Below are positions 44,320-59,420 of a stretch of DNA of 64,000 nucleotides, piece after piece. The stretch lies in NCBI RefSeq assembly GCF_009914755.1, contig NC_060933.1; one strand, 5' to 3'. The position numbers and the translations under genes are program-made. The DNA is from the human T2T-CHM13v2.0 reference genome, Homo sapiens. A model generated the notes under the pieces. That model was given only the letters and a program-made list of their open reading frames with translations. It was not told the origin of the DNA and searched no databases. Every line of letters begins with the position of its first letter. Position 1 is the first letter of the stretch.

Positions 44320-45900
44320 TAAACCCGAGTGCAATGGAATGGAGTGGAATGGAATGAAATGGAATGGAACAACCCGAATGGAATGGAATGTAATGGAGAG
44401 TAAGGGAGTTGAATAGAATCAATCCGAATGTAATGGAATGGAATGGAACGGAATTGAATGGAATGGAATGGAATGGAATGCAATGGAATGGAATCAACCC
44501 GAGGTCAATGGAATGGAGAGGAATGGAATGGAATGGAATGGAAACTACACGAATGGAATGGAATGTAATGGAGTGTAAGGGAATTGAATAGAATCAATCC
44601 GAATGTAATGGAATGGAATGGAACGGAATGGAATGGAATGGAATGGAATGGAATGGAATGGAATGCAATGGAATGGAATCAACCCGAGTGCAATCGAATG
44701 GAATCGAATGGAATGGAATGCAATGGAATGGATTCAACTTGAATGGAATGGAAAGAATGGAATCAACACGAGTGGAATGGCATGGATTGGAATGGAATGG
44801 GATGGAATCAACCCGAGTACAGGGGAATGGAATGGAATGGAATGCAATGGAATGGAATCATCCGTAATGGAATGGAAAGGAATGGAATGGAATGGAATGG
44901 AATGGAATGGAATGGAATCAACTCGATTGCAATCGAATGGAATGGAATGGAATTAACCCGAATAGAATGGAATGGAATGGAATGGAACGGAACGGAATGG
45001 AATGGAATGGAATGGAATGGAACGGAAAGGAAGGGAATGGAATGGAATGGAATGGAATGGAATGGAATCAACGCCAGTGCAGGGGAATGGAATGGAATGG
45101 AATGCAATGGAATGGAATCTTCGGGAATGGAATGGAATGGAATGGAATGGAATGGAATGGAATCAACCCGAGTGCAATGGAATGGAGTGGAATGGAATGG
45201 AATGGAATGGAACAACCCGAATGGAATGGAATGTAATGGAGAGTAAGGGAGTTGAATAGAATCAATCCGAATGTAATGGAATGGAATGGAACGGAATGGA
45301 ATTGAATGGAATGGAATGGAATGCAATGGAATGGAATCAACCCGAGTGCAATGGAATGGAGAGGAATGGAATGGAATGGAATGGAAACTACCCGAATGGA
45401 ATGGAATGTAATGGAGTGTAAGGGAATTGAATAGAATCAATCCGAATGTAATGGAATGGAATGGAATGGAAAGGAATGGAATGGAATGGAATGGAATGGA
45501 ATGGAATGCAATGCAATGGAATCAACCCGAGTGCAATCGAATGGAATCGAATGGAATGGAATGCAATGGAATGGATTCAACTTGAATGGAATGGAAAAAA
45601 AGGAATGAACACGAGTGGAATGGCATGGATTGGAATGGAATGGAATGGAATCAACCCGAGTACAGGGGAATGGAATGGAATGGAATGCAATGGAATGGAA
45701 TCATCCGTAATGGAATGGAAAGGAATGGAATGGAATGGAATGGAATGGAATGGAATGGAATCAACTCGATTGCAATCGAATGGAATGGAATGGAATTAAC
45801 CCGAATAGAATGGAATGGAATGGAATGGAACGGAACGGAATTGAATGGAATGGAATGGAATGGAATGGAATGGAACGGAACGGAAAGGAATGGAATGGAA
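44320..45900 (+). repeat. Tandem copies of the 843-bp cassette unit
   Basis: ORF pairs 44618/45461, 44743/45586, 44808/45651 and 44892/45735 all have offset 843. Confidence 0.85.
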
Positions 45901-45929
45901 TGGAATGGAATGGAATGCAATGGAATGGA

Positions 45930-46780
45930 ATCAACCCGAGTGCAATCGAATGGAATCGAATGGAATGGATTGCAATGGAATGGATTCAACTTGAATGGAA
46001 TGGAAAGAATGGAATAAACACGAGTGGAATGGCATGGATTGGAATGCAATGGAATGGAATCAACCCGAGTACAAGGGAATGGAATGGAATGGAATGCAAT
46101 GGAATTGAATCATCCGTAATGGAATGGAAAGGAATGGAATGGAATGGAATGGAATGGAATGGAATGGAATGGAATCAACTCGATTGTAATCGAATGGAAT
46201 GGAATGGAATTAACCCGAATAAAATGGAATGGAAAGGAATGGAACGGAACGGAATGGAATGGAATGGAATGGAATGGAATGGAATGGAATGGAAAGGAAA
46301 AGAATGGAATGGAATGGAATGGAATGGAATGGAATGGAATGGAATCAACGCGAGTGCAGGGGAATGGAATGGAATGGAATGCAATGGAATGGAATCTTCC
46401 GGAATGGAATGGAATGGAATGGAATGGAATGGAATGCAATGGATTCAACTCGATTGCAATGGAATGGAATAGAATGGAATAGGATGGAATGGAAAGGAAT
46501 GGAACGGAACGGAATGGAATGGAATGGAATGGAATAGAATGGAATGGAATGGAATGGAACGGAACGGAACGGAACGGAATGGAATGGAATGGAATGGAAT
46601 GGAATTGTATGGAATGGAATGGAATGGTACGGAATTGAATGGAATGGAAAGAATTGGAATGGAATGCAATCGAATGGAATGGTATGGAAAGGAATGGAAT
46701 GGAATGGAATCAACCCGAGTGCAGGGGAATGTAATGCATCGGAATGCAATGGAATGGAATCATCCGGAATTGAATGGAAT
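45930..46780 (+). repeat. Block paralogous to ~47820-48660 (offset ~1892)
   Basis: ORF pairs 46110/48002, 46144/48036 and 46229/48121. Shared variants GAGTACAAGGG, GGAATTGAATCATCC and TACGGAATTGA. Confidence 0.82.
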
Positions 46781-48829
46781 GGAATGGAATGGAATGGAAT
46801 CAACCCCAGTGCAATGGAATGGAGTGGAATGGAATGGAACAACAGGAATGGAATGGAATGTAATGGAGAGTAAGGGAGTTGAATAGAATCAACCCGAATG
46901 TAATCGAATGGAATGGAACGGAATGGAATTGAATGGAATGGAATGGAATGCAATGGAATGGAATGGTACGGAATAGAATGGAATGGAAAGAATTGGAATG
47001 GAATGGAATCGAATGGAATGGAATGGAATCAACCCGAGTGCAGGGGAAAGTAATGAAACGGAATGCAATGGAATGCAATCATCCGGAATGGAATGGAATG
47101 GAATGGAATGGAATGGAATGGAATGGAATGGAATCAACCCGAGTGCAATGGAATGGAGTGGAATGGAATGGAATGGAATGGAACAACCCGAATGGAATGG
47201 AATGTAATGGAGAGTAAGGGAGTTGAATAGAATCAATCCGAATGTAATGGAATGGAACGGAATGTAATGGAATGGAATGGAATGGAATGGAAAGGAATGG
47301 AATGCAATGGAATGGAATCAACCCGAGTACAATGGAATGGAATGGAATGGAATGGAATGGAATGGAATGGAATGGAATCCACCCGAGTGCAATGGAATGG
47401 AGAGGAATGGAATGGAATGGAATGGAAACTACCCGAATGGAATGGAATGTAATCAAGTGTAAGGGAATTGAATAGAATCAATCCGAATGGAATGGAATGG
47501 AATGGAACGGAATGTAATGTAATGGAATGGAATGGAATCAACCCAAGTGCAGGGGAATGTAATGGAATGGAATGCAATGGAATGGAATCATCCGGAATGG
47601 AATATAATGGAATGCAATGGAATGGAATGGAATGGAATCAACCCGAGTGCAATGGAATGGAGTGAAATGGAATGGAATGGAATGGAAACAACCAGAATGG
47701 ATTGGAATATAATGGAGTGTAAGGGAATTGAATAGAATCAATCTGAATGTAATGAAATGGAATGTAACGGAATGGAATGGAATGCAATGGAATGGAATGG
47801 AATGGAATGCAATGGAATGGAATCAACCCGAGTGCAATCGAATGGAATCGAATGGAATGGAATGCAATGGAATGGATTCAACTTGAATGGAATGGAAAGA
47901 ATGGAATCAACACGAGTGGAATGGCATGGATTGGAATGCAATGGAATGGAATCAACCCGAGTACAAGGGAATGGAATGGAATGGAATGCAATGGAATTGA
48001 ATCATCCGTAATGGAATGGAAAGGAATGGAATGGAATGGAATGGAATGGAATGGAATGGAATGGAATCAACTCGATTGCAATCGAATGGAATGGAATGGA
48101 ATTAACCCGAATAGAATGGAATGGAAAGGAATGGAACGGAACGGAATGGAATGGAATGGAATGGAATGGAATGCAATGGAATGGAAAGGAAAGGAATGGA
48201 ATGGAATGGAATGGAATGGAATGGAATGGAATGGAATGGAATGGAATCAACGCGAGTGCAGGGGAATGGAATGGAATGGAATGCAATGGAATGTAATCTT
48301 CCGGAATGGAATGGAATGGAATGCAATAGATTCAACTCGATTGCAATGGAATGGAATAGAATGGAATAGAATGGAATGGAAAGGAATGGAACGGAACAGA
48401 ATGGAATGGAATGGAATGGAATAGAATGGAATGGAATGGAATGGAACGGAACGGAATGGAATGGAATGGAATGGAATGGAATGGAATGGAATGGAATTGT
48501 ATGGAATGGAATGGTATGGTACGGAATTGAATGGAATGGAAAGAATTGGAATGGAATGGAATCGAATGGAATGGTATGGAATGGAATGGAATGGAATGGA
48601 ATCAACCCGAGTGCAGGGGAATGAAATGGATCGGAATGCAATGGAATGGAATCATCCGGAATGGAATGGAATGGAATGGAATGCAAAGCAATGGAATCAA
48701 CTCGATTGCAATGGAAAGGAATGGAATGGAAAGGAATAGAATGGAATCAACCTGATTGGAATGGAATGGAAAGGACTGGAATGGAGTGGAATGAAATGGA
48801 ATGGAATGGAATGGAATGCAATGGAATGG

Positions 48830-50020
48830 TATGGAATGGAATGGAATGGTACGGAATAGAATGGAATGGAACGAATTGTAATGGAATGGAATTGAATGGA
48901 ATGGAATGGAATGGAATGGAATCAACGCGAGTGCAGGGGAATGTAATGGAACGGAATGCAATGGAATGGAATCATCCGGAATGGAATGGAATGGAATGGA
49001 ATGGAATGGAATCAACCCGAGTGCAATGGAATGGAGTGGAATGGAATGGAATGGAATGGAACAACCCGAATGGAATGGAATGTAATGGAGAGTAAGGGAG
49101 TTGAATAGAATCAATCCGAATGTAATGGAATGGAACGCAACGGAATGGAATGGAATGGAACGGAACGGAATGGAATGGAATGGAATGGAATGGAATGGAA
49201 TGGAATGGAATGGAATCAACGCGAGTGCAGGGGAATGGCATGGAATGGAATACAATGGAATGGAATCTTCCGGAATGGAATGGAATGGAATGGAATGGAA
49301 TGGAATGAAATGCAATGGATTCAACACGATTGCAATGGAATGGAATAGAATGGAATGGAATGGAATGGAATGGGATTAACCCGAATAGAATGGAATGGAA
49401 TGGAATGGAATGGAACGGAATGCAACGGAATGGAATGGAATGGAATGGAATGGAATGGAATGGTATGGAATGGAATGGAATGGTACGGAATAGAATGGAA
49501 TGGAACGAATTGTAATGGAATGGAATTGAATGGAATGGAATGGAATCAACGCGAGTGCAGGGGAATGTAATGGAATGGAATTGAATGGAATGGAATGGAA
49601 TGGAATGGAATCAACGCGAGTGCAGGGGAATGTAATGGAACGGAATGCAATGGAATGGAATCATCCGGAATGGAATGGAATGGAATGGAATGGAATGGAA
49701 TCAACCCGAATGTAATGGAATGGAGTGGAATGGAATGGAATGGAATGGAACAACCCGAATGGAATGGAATGTAATGGAGAGTAAGGGAGTTGAATAGAAT
49801 CAATCCGAATGTAATGGAATGCAATGCAACGGAATGGAATGGAATGGAATGGTATGGAATGGAATGGAATGGAATGGTATGCAAAGGAATGGAATCAACC
49901 CGAGTGGAATGGCATGGAATGGAATGCAATGGATTGGAATGGAATGGAATCAACTCGAGTGGAAAGGAATGGAATGGAATGGAAAGGAAAGGAATGAAGT
50001 CAACTCGAGTGGAATGGAAT
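48830..50020 (+). repeat. Block nearly identical to ~61680-62860 (offset ~12.84 kb)
   Basis: ORF pairs 49790/62629, 49530/62369 and 49101/61950. Shared GGAACGCAAC, GGCATGGAATGGAATACAAT, GGGATTAACC, GGTATGCAAAGG and an internal 65-bp duplication. Confidence 0.88.
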
Positions 50021-53000
50021 GGAATGGAATGGAATCAACCCGAGTGCAGGGGAATGAAATGGATCGGAATGCAATGGAACGGAATCATCCGGAATTGAAT
50101 GGAATGGAATGAAATGGAATGGAATCAACCCCAGTGCAATGGAATGGAGTGGAATGGAATGGAATGGAATGGAACAACAGGAATGGAATGGAATGGAATG
50201 GAGAGTAAGGGAGTTGAATAGAATCAACCCGAAAGTAATGGAATGGAATGGAACGTAATGGAATGGAATGGAAAGCAATGGAATGGAATCAACCCGAGTA
50301 CAATGGAATAGAATGAAATGGAATGGAATGGAATGGAATTGAATGGAATGGAATGGAATGCAATGGAATGCAATCAACCCGAGTGCAATGGAATGGAGAG
50401 GAATGGAATGGAATGGAATGGAAACTACCCGAATGGAACGAAATGTAATGGAGTGTAAGGGAATTGAATAGAATCAATCCGAATGTGATGGAATGGAATG
50501 GAACGGAATGGAATGGAATGGAATGGAATGGAAAGGAATGGAATGCAATAGAATGGAATCAACCCGAGTGCAATCGAATGGAATCGAATGGAATGGAATG
50601 CAATGGAATGGATTCAACTTGAATGGAATGGAAAGAATGGAATCAACACGAGTGGAAGGGCATGGATTGGAATGCAATGGAATGGAATCAACCCGAGTAC
50701 AGGGGAATGGATTGGAATGGAATGCAATGGAATGGAATCATCCGTAATGGAATGGAAAGGAATGGAATGGAATGGAATGGAATGGAATGGAATGCAATGG
50801 AATGGAATCAACACGATTGCAATCGAATGGAATGGAATGGAATTAACCCGAATAGAATGCAATGGAATGGAATGGAACGGAACGGAATGGAATGGAATGG
50901 AATGGAATGGAATGGAATGGAATGGAATCAAAGCGAGTGCAGGGGAATGGCATGGAATGGAATGCAATGGAATGGAATCTTCCGGAATGGAATGGAATGG
51001 AATGGAATGGAATGAAATGCAATGGATTCAACTCGATTGCAATGGAATGGAATAGAATGGAATGGAATGGAATGGAATGGGATTAACCCGAATAGAATGG
51101 AATGGATTGGAATGGAACGGAATGGAACGGAATGGAATGGAATGGAATGGAATGGAATGGAATGGAATGGAATGGTATGGAATGGAATGGAATGGTACGG
51201 AATAGAATGGAAAGGAACGAATTGTAATGGAATGGAATTGAATGGAAAGGAATGGAATGGAATGGAATCAACGCGAGTGCAGGGGAATGTAATGGAACGG
51301 AATGCAATGGAATGGAATCATCCGGAAAGGAATGGAATGGAATGGAATGGAATGGAATCAACCCGAGTGCAATGGAATGGAGTGGAATGGAATGTAATGG
51401 AATGGAACAACCCGAATGGAATGGAATGTAATTGAGAGTAAGGGAGTTGAATAGAATCAATGCGAATGTAATGTAATTGAATGCAACGGAATGGAATGGA
51501 ATGGAATGGAATGGAATGAAATGGAATGCAAAGGAATGGAATCAACCCGAGTGGAATGGCATGGAATGGAATGCAATGGATTGGAATGGAATGGAATCAA
51601 CTCGAGTGGAAAGGAATGGAATGGAATGGAAAGGAATGGAATAAAGTCAACTCGAGTGGAATAGAATGGAATGGAATGGATTGGAATGGATTGCAATGGA
51701 ATGCAATGGAATGGAATGGAATGGAATCAATCATGGAAGGGAATGTAAAGGAGTGGAAAGAAGGGAATGGAATCAACCCGAGTGGAATGCAAGGCAATGG
51801 AATGGAATGGAAAGGAATGGAAAGGAATCAACTCGATTGCAATGGAATGGAATGGAATGGAATGGAATGGAATGGAATGGAATTAAACGAAATAGAATGG
51901 AATGGAATGGAATGGAACGGAATGGAATGGAATGGAAGGGAATGGAATCAACACGAGTGCAGGGGAATGGAATGGAATGGAATGCAATGCAATGGAATCA
52001 TCCGGAATGGAATGGAATGGAATGGAATCAACTCCATTGCAATGGAATGGAATGGAATGGAATGGAATAGAATGGAATGGAATTAACCCGAATAGATGGA
52101 ATGCAATAGAATGGAATGCAACGGAACCGAATGGAGTGGAATGGAATGGAATGGAATCAACCCGAGTACAGGGGAATGGAATGGAATGGAATGCAATGGA
52201 ATGGAGTCATCCGTAATGGAATGGAAAGGAATGGAATGGAATGGAATGGAATGGAATGGAATGGAATCAACTCGATGGCAATCGAATGGAATAGAATGGA
52301 ATTAACCCGAATAGAATGGAATGGAATGGAATGGAACGGAACGGAATGGAATGGAATGGAATGGAATGGAATGGAACGGAACGGAATGGAATGGAATGGA
52401 ATGGAATGGAATCAACGCGAGTGCAGGGGAATGGAATGGAATGGAATGCAATGGAATGGAATCTTCTGGAATGGAATGGAATGGAATGGAATGAAAGGCA
52501 ATGGATTCAACTCGATTGCAATGGAATGGAATAGAATGGAATGGAATGGAATGGAATGGAATGGAATTGAATGGAATGGAATGCCTTCAAACCGAATGGA
52601 ATGGAAAGGAATGGAATCAACACGAGTGGAAAGGAATGGAATGGAAAGGAATGGAATGGAATGGAATGCTACGGAATAGAACGGAATGGAACGAACTCGA
52701 ATGGAATGGAATGGAATGGAATGGAATGGAATGGAATGGAATCGTTCCGAGTGGAATAGGAGGGAATGTATTCGACTGGAATGGAAAGGAATGGAATCAA
52801 CCAGAGTGGAATGGAAGGGAATGGAATGGAATGGAAACTAATAGAATGGAATCAACCCGAGTGGAATGGAATGGAAAGGAATGGAATGGAATGGAATGGA
52901 ATGGAATGGAATCAACTCTATTGTAATGCAATGGAATGGAATGGAATGGAATGGAATGCAATGGAATGGAATGGAATGGATTTAACCCGAATACAATAGA

Positions 53001-56000
53001 ATGGAATGGAATGGAACGGAATGGAGTGGAATGGAATGGAATCAACCCGAGTGCAGGGGAATGGAATGGAATGGAATGCAATGGAATGGAATCATCCGGA
53101 ATGGAATGGAATGGAATGGAATGCAAACCAATGGAATCAACTCGATTGGAATGGAATGGAAAGGAATACATTGGAATCAACCCGAGTGGAATGGAATGGA
53201 AAGGACTGGAATGGAATGGAATGGAATAAACTCGATTGGAATGGAATGGAATGGAATGGAATGGAATGGAATGGAACGGAAAGGAATGGAATGGAATGGA
53301 ATGGAATGGAATGGAATCAACGCGAGTGCAGGAGAATGGAATGGAATGGAATGCAATGGAATGGAATCTTCCGGAATGGAATGGAATGGAATGGAATGGA
53401 ATGGAATAAACCCGAGTGCAATGGAATGGAGTGGAATGGAATGGAATGGAATGGAGCAACCCGAACGGAATGGAATGTAATGGAGAGTAAGGGAGTTGAA
53501 TAGAATCAATCCGAATGTAATGGAATGGAATGGAACGGAATGGAATTGAATGGAATGGAATGGAATGCAATGGAATGGAATCAACCCGAGTGCAATGGAA
53601 TGGAGAGGAATGGAATGGAATGGAATGGAAACTACCCGAATGGAATGGAATGTAATGGAGTGTAAGGGAATTGAATAGAATCAATCCGAATGTAATGGAA
53701 TGGAATGGAACGGAATGGAATGGAATGGAATGGAATGCAATGGAATGGAATGAAATGGAATGGAATCAACCCGAGTGCAATCGAATGGAATCGAATGGAA
53801 TGCAATGCAATGGAATGGATTCAACTTGAATGGAATGGAAAGAATGGAATCAACACGAGTGAAAGGGCATGGATTGGAATGCAATGGAATGGAATCAACC
53901 CGAGTACAGGGGAATGGAATGGAATGGAATGCAATGGAATGGAATCATCCGTAATGGAATGGAAAGGAATGGAATGGAATGGAATGGAATGGAATGGAAT
54001 TGGATGGAATTGAATCAACTCGATTGCAATCGAATGGAATGGAATGGAATTAACCCGAATAGAATGGAATGGAATGGAATGGAACGGAACGGAACGGAAT
54101 GGAATGGAATGGAATGGAATGGAATGGAACGGAAAGGAAGGGAATGGAATGGAATAGAATGGAATAGAATGGAATCAACGCGAGTGCAGGGGAATGGAAT
54201 GGAATGGAATGCAATGGAATGGAATCTTCCGGAATGGAATGGAATGGAATGGAATGGAATGGAATGGAATGGAATGAAATACAATGGATTCAACTCGATT
54301 GCAATGGAATGGAATAGAATGGAATGGAATGGAATGGAATAGAATGGAATTAACCCGAATAGAATGGAATGGAATGGAATGGAATGGAATTAACCCGAAT
54401 AGAATGGAATGGAATGGAATTGAACGGAATGGAATGGAATGGAATGGAATGGAATGGAATGGAATGGAATGGAATGGAATGGAATCAACACGACTGCACG
54501 GGAATGCAATGGAATGGAATGGAATGGAATGGAATGGAATGGAATCATCCGGAACGGAATGGAATGGAATGGAATGGAATCAACTCGATTGCAATGGAAT
54601 GGAATGGAATGGAATGGAATCGAATGGAATGGAATGGAATTAACCGGAATAGAATGGAATGGAATGGAAAGGAACGGAATGGAATGGAATGGAATGGAAT
54701 GGAATGGAATGGAATCAATTCGAGTGCTGGGGAATGGAATGGAATGGAATGCAATGGAATGGAATCATCCGGAATGGAATGGAATGGAATGCAATCAACC
54801 TGATGCAATGGAATGGAGTGGAATGGAATGGAATGGAATGGAAACATTCCGAATGGAATGGAATGGAATGGAGTGTAAGGGAATTGAATAGAATCAATCC
54901 GAATGTAATGGAATGGAATGGAATGAAATGGAATGGAATGGAATGGAATGGAATCAACCCGAGTGCAATGGAATGGATTCGAATGGAATGGAATGGAGTG
55001 GAATGGAATGGATTCAACAAGAATGGTATGGAAAGGAATGGAATCAACCCGAGTGTAATGGCATGGAATGGAACGGAATGGAATGGGATGCAATGGAATG
55101 GTACGGAATAGAATGGAATGGAATGAAATGGAATAGAATGGAATGGAATGGAATGGAATGGAATGGAATGGAATGGAATGAACCCGTGTGCAATGGAATG
55201 GAATGGAATGGAATGGAATGGATTCAACTCGAATGGAATCCCCTCGATTGCAATGGAATGGAATGGAATTAAAAGGAATAGAATGGAATCAACCCGAGTG
55301 GAATGGAATGGAAAGGACTGGAATGGAGTGGAATGGAATGGAATGGAATTAACCTGAATAGAATGAAATGGAACGGAATGGAATGGAATGTAATGGAATG
55401 GAATGGAATGGAATCAACCTGAGTGCAGGGGAATGGAATGGAATGGAATGCAATGGAATGAAATCATCCGGAATGGAATGGAATGGAATGGAATGGAATG
55501 GAATGGAATGGAATGGAGTGGAATCAACGCGAGTGCAAGGGAATGGAATGGAATGGAATGCAATGGAATGGAATCTTCCGGAATGGAATGGAATGGAATG
55601 GAATAAACCCGAGTGCATTGGAATGGAGTGGAATGGAATGGAATGGAATGGAACAACCCGAATGGAATGGAATGTAATGGAGAGTAAGGGAGTTGAATAG
55701 AATCAATCCGAATGTAATGGAATGGAATGGAAAGGAATGGAATTGAATGGAATGGAATGGAATGGAATGGAATGGAATGGAATCAACACGAGTGCAATGG
55801 AATGGAATGGAATGGAATGGAATTAATTCGAATAGAATGGAATGGAATGTAATGGAACGGAATGGAACGGAATGGAATGGAATGGAATGGAATGGAATGG
55901 AATGGTATGGAATGGAATGGAATGGTATGGAATAGAATGGAATGGAACGAATTGTAATGGAATGGAATTGAATGGAATGGAATGGAATCAACGCGAGTGC

Positions 56001-58759
56001 AGGGGAATGTAATGGAACGGAATGCAATGGAATGGAATCATCCGGAATGGAATGGAATGGAATGGAATGCAATGGAATGGAATCAACCCGAGTGCAATGG
56101 AATGGAGTGGAATGGAATGGAATGGAATGGAACAACCCGAATGGAATGGAATGTAATGGAGAGTAAGGGAGTTGAACAGAATCAATCCGAATGTAATGGA
56201 ATGGAATGCAACGGAATGGAATGGAATGGAATGGAATGGAATGCAATGGAATGGAATCAACCCGAGTAAAATGGAATGGAATGGAATGGAATGGAATGGA
56301 ATGGAATGGAATCATCCGGAATGGAATGGAATGGAATGGAATGCAATGGAATGGAATCAACTCGATTTCAATGGAATGGAATGGAATAGAATGGAATGGA
56401 ATTAACACGAAAGAATGGAATGGAATGGAATGGAAAAGAAAGGAATGTAATGGAATGGAATGGAATAAACCCAAGTGCAGGGGAATGGAACGCAATGGAA
56501 TTCAATGGAATGGAATCATCCGGAATGGAATGGAATGGAATGGAATGGAATGGAATGGAATGGAATCAACCCGAGTGCAATGGAATGGAGAGGAATGGAA
56601 TGGAATGGAATGGAAACTACACGAATGGAATGGAATGAAATGGAGTGTAAGGGAATTGAATAGAATGAATCCGAATGGAATGGAATGGAATGGAATGGAA
56701 AGGAATGGAATGGAATGGAATGGAATGGAATGGAATGCAATGCCATGGAATCAACCCGAGTGCAATCGAATGGAATCGAATGGAATGGAATGCAATGTAA
56801 TGGATTCAACTTGAATGGAATGGAAATAATGGAATCAACACGAGTGGAATGGCATGGATTGGAATGGAATGGAATGGAATCAACTCGATTGCAATCGAAT
56901 GGAATGGAATGGAATTAACCCGAATAGAATGGAATGGAATGGAATGGAATGGAACGGAACGGAATGGAATGGAATGGAATGGAATGGAACGGATCGGAAT
57001 GGAATGGAATGGAATGGAATGGAATGGAATGGAATCAACGCGAGTTCAGGGGAATGGAATGGAATGGAATGCAATGGAATGGAATCTTCCGGAATGGAAT
57101 GGAATGGAATGGAATAGAATGGAATGGAATGGAATGGAATGGAATCAACCCGAGTACAGGGGAATGGAATGGAATGTAATGCAGTGGAATGGAACCATCC
57201 GTAATGGAATGGAAAGGAATGGAATGGAATGGAATGGAATGGAATGGAATGGAATGAACTCGATTGCAATCGAATGGAATGGAATGGAATTAACCCGAAT
57301 AGAATGGAATGGAATGGAACGGAACGGAACGGAACGGAATGGAATGGAATGGAATGGATCGGAACGGAACGGAACGGAATGGAATGGAATGGAATGGAAT
57401 CAACGCGAGTGCAGGGGAATGGAATGGAATGGAATGCAATGGAATGGAATCTTCCGGAATGGAATGGAATGGAATGGAATGGAATGAAATGCAATGGATT
57501 CAACTCGATTGCAATGGAATGGAATAGAATGGAATGGAATGGAATGGAATGGAATGGAATTAACCAGAATAGAATGGAATGGAATGCAATGGAACGGAAT
57601 GGAACGGAATGGAATGGAATGGAATGGAATGGAATGGAATGGAATGGAATGGTATGGAATGGAATGGAGTGGTAAGGAATAGAATGGAATGGAACGAATT
57701 GTAATGGAATGGAATTGAATAGAATGGAATTGAATCAATGCCAGTGCAGGGGAATGTAATGGAACGGAATGCAATGGAATGGAATCATCCGGAATGGAAT
57801 GGAATGGAATGGAATGGAATGGAATGGAATCAACCCGAGTGCAATGGAATGGAGTGGAATGGAATGGAATGGAATGGAATGGAACAACCCGAATGGAATG
57901 GAATGTAATGGAGAGTAAGGGAGTTGAATAGAATCAATCCGAATGTAATGGAATGGAATGCAACGGAATGGAGTGGAATGGAATGGAATCAACCCGAGTG
58001 CAGGGGAATGGAATGGAATGGAATGCAATGGAATGGAATCATCCGGAATGGAATGGAATGGAATGGAATGGAATGGAATCAACCCGAGTGCAATGGAATG
58101 GAGTGGAATGGAAAGGAATACATTGGAATCAACCCGAGTGGAATGGAATGTAAAGGACTGGAATGGAGTGGAATGGAATGGAATGGAATGGAATGGAATC
58201 AACTCGATTGGAATGGAATGGAATGGAATGGAATGGAATGGAATGGAATTAACCCGAATAGAATGGAATGGAATGGAATGGAACGGAATGGAATGGAATT
58301 GAATGGAATGGAATGGAATGGAATGGAATGGAATCAACCCGACTGCAGGGGAATGGAATGGAATGGAATGCAATGGAATGGATTCAACTTGAATGGAATG
58401 GAAAGAATGGAATCAACACGAGTGGAATGGCATGGATTGGAATGGAATGGAATGGAATCAACCCGAGTACAGGGGAATGGAATGGAATGGAATGCAATGG
58501 AATGGAATGGAATCAACTCGATTGCAGTCAAATGGAATGGAATGGAATTAACCCGAATAGAATGGAATGGAATGGAATGGAACGGAACGGAACGGAACGG
58601 AACGGAATGGAATGGAATGGAATGGAATGGAACGGAAAGGAATGGAATGGTATGGAATGGAATGGAATGGAATGGAATCAACGCGAGTGCAGGGTAATGG
58701 AATGGAATGGAATGCAATGGAATGGAATCTTCCGGAATGGAATGGAATGGAATGGAATG

Positions 58760-59420
58760 GAATGGAATCAACCCGAGTGCAATGGAATGGAGTGGAATGG
58801 AATGGAATGGAATGGAACAACCCGAATGGAATGGAATGTAATGGAGAGTAAGGGAGTTGAATAGAGTCAATCCGAATGTAATGGAAAGGAAAGGAACGGA
58901 ATGGAATTGAATGGAATGGAATGGAATGCAATGGAATGGAATCAACCCGAGTGCAATGGAATGGAGAGGAATGGAATGGAATGGAATGGAAACTACCCGA
59001 ATGGAATGGAATGTAATGGAGTGTAAGGGAATTGAATAGAATCAATCCGAATGTAATGGAATGGAATGGAACGGAATGGAATGGAATGGAATGGAATGCA
59101 ATGGAATGGAATGCAATGGAATGGAATCAACCCGAGTGCAATCGAATGGAATCGAATGGAATGGAATGCAATGGAATGGATTCAACTTGAATGGAATGGA
59201 AAGAATGGAATCAACACGAGTGGAAGGGCATGGATTGGAATGCAATGGAATGGAATCAACCCGAGTACAGGGGAATGGAATGGAATGGAATGCAATAGAA
59301 TGGAATCATCCGTAATGGAATGGAAAGGAACGGAATGGAATGGAATGGAATGGAATGGAATGGAATGGAATCAACACGATTGCAATCGAATGGAATGGAA
59401 TGGAATTAACCCGAATAGAA
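58760..59420 (+). repeat. Block nearly identical to ~60950-61600 (offset 2180)
   Basis: Identical ORFs 59042/61222 and 59061/61241. Shared ATAGAGTCAATCC...GGAAAGGAAAGGAACGG at 58861 and 61041. Confidence 0.88.
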
